33,644 nt of DNA from a virus. Its lineage: Duplodnaviria; Caudoviricetes. The notes beneath the pieces are model-generated. The model saw only the letters and a program-made list of their open reading frames with translations, was not told the DNA's origin and searched no databases. A program made the translations under genes and the position numbers. The stretch covers positions 1 to 33,644 of IMG/VR virus record IMGVR_UViG_3300004686_000008. The stretch is one strand, 5' to 3'. Numbering within the stretch: the stretch's first letter is position 1; each line of letters begins with the position of its first letter. This document shows, piece by piece, positions 27,794-33,644 of the stretch.

Positions 27794-28263
27794 GCGATCC
27801 CCATCAGGCTGAGTGAGCCAAGAGACTGAACAATCGCCAAGTATTGACGTCCGTAAGGGTCTTTCAGGTTCTGAAGGTTCTGGATTGTCAGACCGTCAAA
27901 CGCTTTGGGCACAACCATTGAACTGCTAGTGGATTCGTCGGATGCCGACTGAATCACACCGCCCACAAAAGCACGTAGATTGTATTTCTGCTGATATGGC
28001 CCAAAGAATTGCTGGCTTACTGGAAGCCCAGTCGGGTCTTGCCCATTCGCCAACAAAAAACTGGTGGCCAGATTGTAGACCGCAGTGGTGTAGAGGAATT
28101 GATCCGGTGGCGATGGGAGATACCGAAGCACCTCCCAGACCAGATTGACCGCATAGTTATAGGACCACTCAATGATAGGCGAACCATCCGGAAGGACGGT
28201 GGTATTGATGCCTACGATGTTACGCAGGAATTCAAGATAGCCAGCCAGAGTAGGTCCGTTCAT
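27790..28263 (-). CDS. head-tail connector (DUF4054-like)
   Basis: start moved from 28353 to ATG at 28263 (MNGPTLAGYLEF); AVYNLA, GVIQSASDESTS, DPYGRQYL. Confidence 0.78.
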   Translation of the reverse strand: MNGPTLAGYLEFLRNIVGINTTVLPDGSPIIEWSYNYAVNLVWEVLRYLPSPPDQFLYTTAVYNLATSFLLANGQDPTGLPVSQQFFGPYQQKYNLRAFVGGVIQSASDESTSSSMVVPKAFDGLTIQNLQNLKDPYGRQYLAIVQSLGSLSLMGIA

Positions 28264-28264
28264 G

Positions 28265-28762
28265 TTACTTCTTGATCTTGGTGTTGAACTTCTGATTAAC
28301 GAGAGGTTTGTCCTTACGACCAATGTCCTTCGGTTTTTCTTCAACAATTTCAAGTTCTACTTCACGGACACCTTCGGAAAGGCCCGTTTGATCCTGCTCA
28401 ATGATCTTGCCAAAAGCATAAGCCGCCTTTTCTTTGGCAAGCTGAACCTGATCTGCCGCGATATCGTCATTGACCTCTTGGGCCAATTCATAGATATCTG
28501 CTGAAAGCGGTCCCTTGGTGCTGTAAACCAAATGGACTTTCTGGCCATTGCGAGTCGAATTCTTTGCGCCAGCCTCATCGACCAGACCATAAATCTTGTG
28601 ATGCTCAATCACGGACTGAACAATTTCAGGTGATTTTTCAGTAAGCACTTTAACCTGAGAGCCGCCAGCAATATCAAGCGAGAAAATTCTAGGGGCTTCC
28701 GGTTCGCGCCAATGGAAGGTGTAATTCTGTTCGGTGACGTTTGCTATGTATAAATCAGCCAT
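28265..28762 (-). CDS. hypothetical protein downstream of the major capsid gene
   Basis: 165 aa, AGGGA SD; LYIAN.T.Q...F..R..E motif. Confidence 0.75.
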   Translation of the reverse strand: MADLYIANVTEQNYTFHWREPEAPRIFSLDIAGGSQVKVLTEKSPEIVQSVIEHHKIYGLVDEAGAKNSTRNGQKVHLVYSTKGPLSADIYELAQEVNDDIAADQVQLAKEKAAYAFGKIIEQDQTGLSEGVREVELEIVEEKPKDIGRKDKPLVNQKFNTKIKK

Positions 28763-28784
28763 TTTTGTTTCCCTGTTGAATGAA

Positions 28785-28807
28785 GGGGCGGTTTTTTACG
28801 CCGCCCC
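28785..28807 (-). terminator. GC-rich hairpin after the capsid gene (weak terminator or mRNA-stabilising stem)
   Basis: GGGGCGG-9 nt-CCGCCCC, followed on the - strand only by TTCATT (no long U tract). Confidence 0.45.
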
Positions 28808-28814
28808 GTCAATT

Positions 28815-29840
28815 TTAGCTGTATTGCATCGAAAGGATGACAACACCCTGAGAACGAATGCCCCAGCCAGGAGTTGCTCTCATTTCGGAAAGAACATCCA
28901 GCGCACCGCCAGCAATCGGAACCGGAATTTCTTTCGGAGCCGCAAGGTCGGTGAGCATCAGCGTAGTGGCTTCCAATCCGGGTTGCAGTTTGCTGAACTC
29001 ATTGGTGTTCGGCTGTGAACCAACAAACGGAACCTTGATTTCCGGGATAACCAGAAGAACGGCATCCGTACCGCTCTGGCCCTGACCGATGAGAGTGTCA
29101 TCGAAACCGAATTCGATTTCGTCACCATTCCAGCCGCCAACGTGTTCGATGGTTGCTGAAGTGGAGAATGAACCCGCACCCGGACGCTGTACGGAAGTGA
29201 GCTGTACGATTGAATACTGCCACTGACCGATAACGCGCTGAGGACCAACGATAACCACACGGGCAGGCTGTCCAAGCTGATTCATACGGGTCTTAGCCTG
29301 TACGATCTGCTGAAGGATAAACTGCGCCATCTGACCATTGTCATAGGTGACAACAGTGGTGTTGCCGAATGAATCCGCCGGCAGAGATGTTTTGGTCGCG
29401 CCCGGAGCGTTCAGGAGACCTTCACCCGTATTCTGGCTGTTGAAGCCATACAGGAGGCCCTGACGCAGACCTTGGAAGATACCCTGACGCATTGCAAGGC
29501 GCTGTGCATCGGGAAGCGAGAAGCCCCAGACGTTTGCGTAAGCAATGTCATGGTGATCGTAGATCGCCCTTGCACGAAGCAGGTAGGTCGGGGTGCTGAT
29601 CTGAGTCGCATCAATCGCGCAAGACGGAAGCTGATTGCTTACGTTCTGGTTCGCGAGGAATGAAGACTTTACGTTCAGACGCTTGACGTAAACCGCGAGG
29701 TCCGTAGGAGACAGGCGCGGCATGATAGTACCGCCAGGGAGCGTAAGGAACGCACCTGAAGGCTGTTGGTACTGGATGATAAGTTCAGGCATCGTGAAGT
29801 TCGGGTTGATCTGCACGAAGCCATTAGTGATATTCGCCAT
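28815..29840 (-). CDS. major capsid protein
   Basis: 341 aa, strong AAGGAG SD, position after protease and decoration genes; LLYGFN...GEGLLNAPG. Confidence 0.85.
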   Translation of the reverse strand: MANITNGFVQINPNFTMPELIIQYQQPSGAFLTLPGGTIMPRLSPTDLAVYVKRLNVKSSFLANQNVSNQLPSCAIDATQISTPTYLLRARAIYDHHDIAYANVWGFSLPDAQRLAMRQGIFQGLRQGLLYGFNSQNTGEGLLNAPGATKTSLPADSFGNTTVVTYDNGQMAQFILQQIVQAKTRMNQLGQPARVVIVGPQRVIGQWQYSIVQLTSVQRPGAGSFSTSATIEHVGGWNGDEIEFGFDDTLIGQGQSGTDAVLLVIPEIKVPFVGSQPNTNEFSKLQPGLEATTLMLTDLAAPKEIPVPIAGGALDVLSEMRATPGWGIRSQGVVILSMQYS

Positions 29841-29852
29841 CGCTATGCTCCT

Positions 29853-30461
29853 TTAGATAAGAATGACGGCCACGTTGCCGGTGGTGTTCCAAGTAGCCGC
29901 GCCAGTCGTGCCGTTGTAAACAACGGTAGCTGAGTTGCCAGCATTTACTGCAACCAGAGTTGCCTTGAAATCAAACGTACCAGCGCCAGCGGCAACAAGC
30001 TGTTGATTTGTAGCATCCCAGCCAAAGGTCTGCGGGTTGTCCGTACCGGCAAGGGCAATGACTGCTGAGTTACAAGCGACAACGATGCGGCTGAGTGAAC
30101 CCAGACGGACAAAGTTGAAGCCGCCACCAGAAGCCTGAAGAGGTGCGGTAGAAGACGGAGTGACCGGAGCCGCGAAAGTACCCTGATAGGTGGTGAAACC
30201 TGCAAGGGTAGCGGCAGAAGCGGCGCGACCAATGGTCGGACCCTGACCGGTAGATGCAGAGTTTGCCGGAGGAGTTGCTTCATAGATAGCAACGCCGCCC
30301 CACATGGGAAGGGTTTCAGCCGCCGCTACAACGCCAGCAACAAGCTGGAAACGTGCGGCAGGATCAGCCAGAACATCACCCTGCCAATAGCCCTGTGACT
30401 GGACGCTGAAGGAGTCCTGCACATTGGTGATGGCATAAGGATTAAATGGAATGTTAGCCAT
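29853..30461 (-). CDS. capsid decoration / cement protein
   Basis: Ala/Gly/Thr-rich 202 aa between protease and capsid genes; QGD..ADPAARF.L..G, LPMWGGVAI.E. Confidence 0.75.
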   Translation of the reverse strand: MANIPFNPYAITNVQDSFSVQSQGYWQGDVLADPAARFQLVAGVVAAAETLPMWGGVAIYEATPPANSASTGQGPTIGRAASAATLAGFTTYQGTFAAPVTPSSTAPLQASGGGFNFVRLGSLSRIVVACNSAVIALAGTDNPQTFGWDATNQQLVAAGAGTFDFKATLVAVNAGNSATVVYNGTTGAATWNTTGNVAVILI

Positions 30462-30473
30462 GATGGTTTATCC

Positions 30474-31934
30474 TCACTTGTTGATGAAGCCGCCACGGAA
30501 GGTGACGCCGTTCGAGAACGTGTCCATCCAACCATGAGGATCAGAGTTTGCAGACGGTTCCCAGACGGACAGGTTGCCCATCTTCTTTTCGATCATGTGG
30601 ACAGTGCCAGCCTTGATCGGGGGAGCCTTTGAGTATTCGATGCTGTCCGCATAGATGGCATCTTCAATCGGCGCAAACAGTTTTGCATCAGCAATCTTGC
30701 TAACGTCAACGTCCTTGAAGCGATCACTGAACTTAGACAGTCTCGCGGCAATACGCTTGCGGAATGCAAAGGCAGATTCACCCGGAACGTGCGTAACCTT
30801 GTTGGTTTCGCCCATTGCCATGAATACTGAATCGGCACGATGAATAGCCTTGGCAATTTCTTCGCGCTCATCATAAGCGGCAGGAGCCATTGCCTTTTTC
30901 ATCGCGGCAAGTTCGCGGCGAAGCGCCTTGATTTCAAGAGAATCAGCACGTGCGGAATCGTCTTTCACTTCTTTCAACTCCACTTCTTCACGGTCATTAT
31001 CATCGTCGTCGCACTTGTTCATGTCGTCGGCAGAATCGACTTCATGGTGTGCTTCTTCGATTTCTTCCTTGACCTCTTCCTTTTCTTCGGGGTCAAGACC
31101 TTCATCGGCCTTGTCATCATCGTCCTTTTTACCAAACATCTCATCGATGCGGTTGTGAACTTCATCAAACTTTGCGTCGATCCGCGAAGAATGCTCTTCC
31201 AGCAAGCTGGAGATCATGCCGCGCAGGTCTTCGCCCTTGCTTTCTTCTTCCATTGGTTTGTCCTCATGAGTCATAGAATCAAGTCTTACGCCAGTCGGTT
31301 CCCCTTGCTTATCCCAGACACCGTTCTGGCATACGGCGATATGGTCTACGTACACGGGATTGCCTTCAATGAGGACATTCCCGATTTTGATGGCCGAGTT
31401 GGAAACGCTAACCGCTGGAGAGGTGCTTAACTGCTCCCCCTGCATCAATTTAGATGCCTCTTTATCATAGATTCTAGCGATTGTCCAAACTTCATCACCT
31501 TCGATATATGGAAGGACTGAAGTGCCAATGATCTGATTACGGAATGAATCCGTGGTTAGAAGTAATTCTTCAGGGTGCTCCCAAACTACCGGCAAGCCCT
31601 GACAGCGAGTCATAAACTCTTGAGTCAGGTAATCGGCTGGAGATTTGTATCCGATTTCACCAGAGGATCGGAGGGCATAGCCCGTACCCGTAACGCGAAT
31701 AGCCCAGAGAGCTACGTCACCAAATTGCTGAGGGCTTGCAAGTCGCTTATCCCGAATGGCTTCCATGATGGAAAGTTCGGTAAATTCCGGATAAATGCCT
31801 TTGGATGCTTCGCCGGTTTCATCATTGCGATGGGCAACAAATTTTTTGCCAACGGCTTCAGGAATACCCAGCGTGGATTTACCCTCTGACGCGGCATACA
31901 TGGCCTTGCGCTGGGATTCTGACTTAAATGGCAT
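30474..31934 (-). CDS. prohead protease (DUF2213-like) fused to an acidic scaffold region
   Basis: IRVTGTG, GLPVVWEHP, LSTSPAV, DHIAVC..GVWDK; D/E-rich linker, ARADS. Confidence 0.82.
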   Translation of the reverse strand: MPFKSESQRKAMYAASEGKSTLGIPEAVGKKFVAHRNDETGEASKGIYPEFTELSIMEAIRDKRLASPQQFGDVALWAIRVTGTGYALRSSGEIGYKSPADYLTQEFMTRCQGLPVVWEHPEELLLTTDSFRNQIIGTSVLPYIEGDEVWTIARIYDKEASKLMQGEQLSTSPAVSVSNSAIKIGNVLIEGNPVYVDHIAVCQNGVWDKQGEPTGVRLDSMTHEDKPMEEESKGEDLRGMISSLLEEHSSRIDAKFDEVHNRIDEMFGKKDDDDKADEGLDPEEKEEVKEEIEEAHHEVDSADDMNKCDDDDNDREEVELKEVKDDSARADSLEIKALRRELAAMKKAMAPAAYDEREEIAKAIHRADSVFMAMGETNKVTHVPGESAFAFRKRIAARLSKFSDRFKDVDVSKIADAKLFAPIEDAIYADSIEYSKAPPIKAGTVHMIEKKMGNLSVWEPSANSDPHGWMDTFSNGVTFRGGFINK

Positions 31935-32700
31935 CTTTACCTTTCTCCGTCAAGCATTCTTCGGGAACCCTATTAAGCCGATAGACGTATTCATAATAGC
32001 ACCGACAGAATATCGCCTCTCCGGGTTGTTCCGGCAAATCTTCAAGATATTCATGTCCGCCCTTTTTCACGAACCCATCACGCATCGCTTGAGAATCACG
32101 AATCAGGAAGAAATTCTGATCCAATTTCTTGTGGTCTTCTCGGTAATCATAATTGGCTTCTTTCCAGTGTGAATGCCAATACGCACCAATAGCGCCACAA
32201 TCAAACGCAACGATTTGATTCAGATTGGATATGAGTTTTTGGGATTGGTCAATGGCAACTCGACGTTCATCATACGGAAGTTGCTTCAAAGGCTTTGCAA
32301 TATCTTTTGCGGTTTCCCGGATATCGGATAATTGCGCTTCTCTGACTTCGGGAACGGCTGGCAAGGATGACAGCCAGCCATTGAATCGTTGTAACGTGGT
32401 TTCGGTTGCTTTTTGCTTGTTTTGCTTGATGAGGGATACCGAGAACATAATCCTGCGTTCCAATTCGTCCCGCAGTTGGGGTCGTATGGAAGCTAGGTCA
32501 AAGGCAGTAACGCCCTTGTTCCGTTTCAGTAATCCTTCACGCTCAACTTCGCGAATCCAAATCTTCTCAAGCCGATCCTGAACATTGATGAACGGTTCGT
32601 ATGCTTCCAGTGCAGCTATGAGTTCAAGGTACAGAAACTCAGAAGGGCCTTCTTCAATGGCCCTCTGAATGATCTTTCTGATCCTTTGAAGATACGTCAT
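31924..32700 (-). CDS. head morphogenesis protein (Mu gpF / SPP1 gp7-like)
   Basis: RRVAIDQ..KL, WHSHW...YDYREDH, PGEAIFCRCYY. Confidence 0.85.
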   Translation of the reverse strand: MTYLQRIRKIIQRAIEEGPSEFLYLELIAALEAYEPFINVQDRLEKIWIREVEREGLLKRNKGVTAFDLASIRPQLRDELERRIMFSVSLIKQNKQKATETTLQRFNGWLSSLPAVPEVREAQLSDIRETAKDIAKPLKQLPYDERRVAIDQSQKLISNLNQIVAFDCGAIGAYWHSHWKEANYDYREDHKKLDQNFFLIRDSQAMRDGFVKKGGHEYLEDLPEQPGEAIFCRCYYEYVYRLNRVPEECLTEKGKDAI

Positions 32701-33644
32701 TAGTGGACGTGAAGCCCCGGAACTTCGGGTGTCGTTTCGTCGTTTTCTTCTGGCGGCTGGTCAAGGCCGAGGATAGACCGGAATGCAATCTCATCCGTAT
32801 CCAGTGACAGCTTGTTCGGGAAAAGGTCTTCCGCTTCGTTCAGGTTGCCAATGACCCAATCCAGAAGTTGTGCCTTGTTCTGGCCGGTGCATTCACCGCC
32901 AATGGTGTTGTAGACCTCAAGCACCGAAGTGTAGATATTCTTCTGGTGATCGGTGCGCTCTTTCTTGTCAGGCTCAAGAGCCTCAGGCCAAATGGCTTGG
33001 AAAGACCGCTTGCATTGCGTGAACCATTGTTCGTAACTGATGTTTCGATATTCGGGAATACGATTCCGAAGCGACTGGAAATAGTCAGGACTCCATGCCG
33101 TGTGCATGACGATGTTGTCCATGTATTTGTAGATCGGGTCCATATCCAGTCGGACGCGATCAATGTACCCAGCAATCAGTTTTGCATCTTCCGAGCCTTC
33201 ACCGAATCCTTGGCTGAGTGAATCGCCGGTTAGGAATGAGGGGGGCATATCCAGCGACAGGGCGATATTCTCAAGAATGTTCTTGCGCTGATCCTGATAG
33301 GTCAGGTTGTTAAGGTCCAGAGATTCAATGGACTCATCAGGCATGATGCTGATGGTGTTGCCGGTACGGGCAATCTTTAGGATATTAAGGCGCACATCCT
33401 GAGCCGCCGCCATCAGACGATCAATGATTGATCCCGGTTGCTTGATCTTGGCAACCATGACCCCGGATTTCACCATCATCAGATTGTCAGCGACCATTGA
33501 CTGCACAAAGGACTGCAACGGATACAAGGCGCGACTAAATACGGAACGGCCCACAAAGCCAAACGCTGAACCCGTATAGCTGAGATAAATCGGGTTTTCG
33601 TAAAGCTGAATGTGAGTTCTGCTCCGGTGATAGGGCTGGCCCAT
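32700..33644 (-). CDS. portal protein (DUF1073-like), 5'-partial
   Basis: runs off the window edge; FGFVGRSV, ILENIA..LDMP..FL, GFGEGSEDAK; first gene of the head module. Confidence 0.82.
   Translation of the reverse strand: MGQPYHRSRTHIQLYENPIYLSYTGSAFGFVGRSVFSRALYPLQSFVQSMVADNLMMVKSGVMVAKIKQPGSIIDRLMAAAQDVRLNILKIARTGNTISIMPDESIESLDLNNLTYQDQRKNILENIALSLDMPPSFLTGDSLSQGFGEGSEDAKLIAGYIDRVRLDMDPIYKYMDNIVMHTAWSPDYFQSLRNRIPEYRNISYEQWFTQCKRSFQAIWPEALEPDKKERTDHQKNIYTSVLEVYNTIGGECTGQNKAQLLDWVIGNLNEAEDLFPNKLSLDTDEIAFRSILGLDQPPEENDETTPEVPGLHVH

Noticed and set aside
30840-31430. 196-aa hydrophobic + strand ORF opposite the protease/scaffold
   Set aside because: Antisense shadow of the Asp/Glu/Lys-rich scaffold codons (GAA/AAG read as Phe/Leu); no SD or supporting context.
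32700-33644. DUF1073-like protein as an anti-CBASS Acb1 nuclease, and the edge ATG as its true start
   Set aside because: Position and motifs indicate the portal; I see no pair of HxT/S 2H-phosphoesterase motifs; the ATG is at the window edge and probably internal.

Overview
A 33.6 kb piece of a tailed (contractile-tail, myovirus-type) phage genome with two converging arms. The + strand arm (1-5050) is a dense run of small early/accessory genes with a tRNA-Gln(UUG), a MazG-like NTP pyrophosphatase and two HNH/AP2 homing-endonuclease genes. The - strand arm (33644 down to 5040) is a nearly complete late operon: portal (partial), Mu-gpF-like protein, prohead protease/scaffold, decoration protein, major capsid, neck proteins, sheath, tube, tail chaperone, tape measure with a lytic transglycosylase domain, baseplate, tail fibre and lysis cassette. 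The operon ends in a ~9 kb accessory cassette: an adaptor, two Gly-X-Thr-rich collagen-like fibres (one with an internal C1q/BclA-like domain, one ending in a pectin-lyase-like beta-helix), small linker proteins sharing terminal motifs with the fibres, a Gly-rich protein and a GT4 glycosyltransferase. The most interesting signals are (i) this cassette as a candidate modular, glycosylated virion-fibre system resembling spore BclA, (ii) two three-way-junction RNA leaders of unrelated sequence whose loop is complementary to two downstream sites, the second overlapping the next gene's ribosome-binding site, and (iii) an HNH gene that appears to have captured the 3' end of the gene it invaded. All product calls come from reading motifs and gene order by eye; no searches or folding programs were run.
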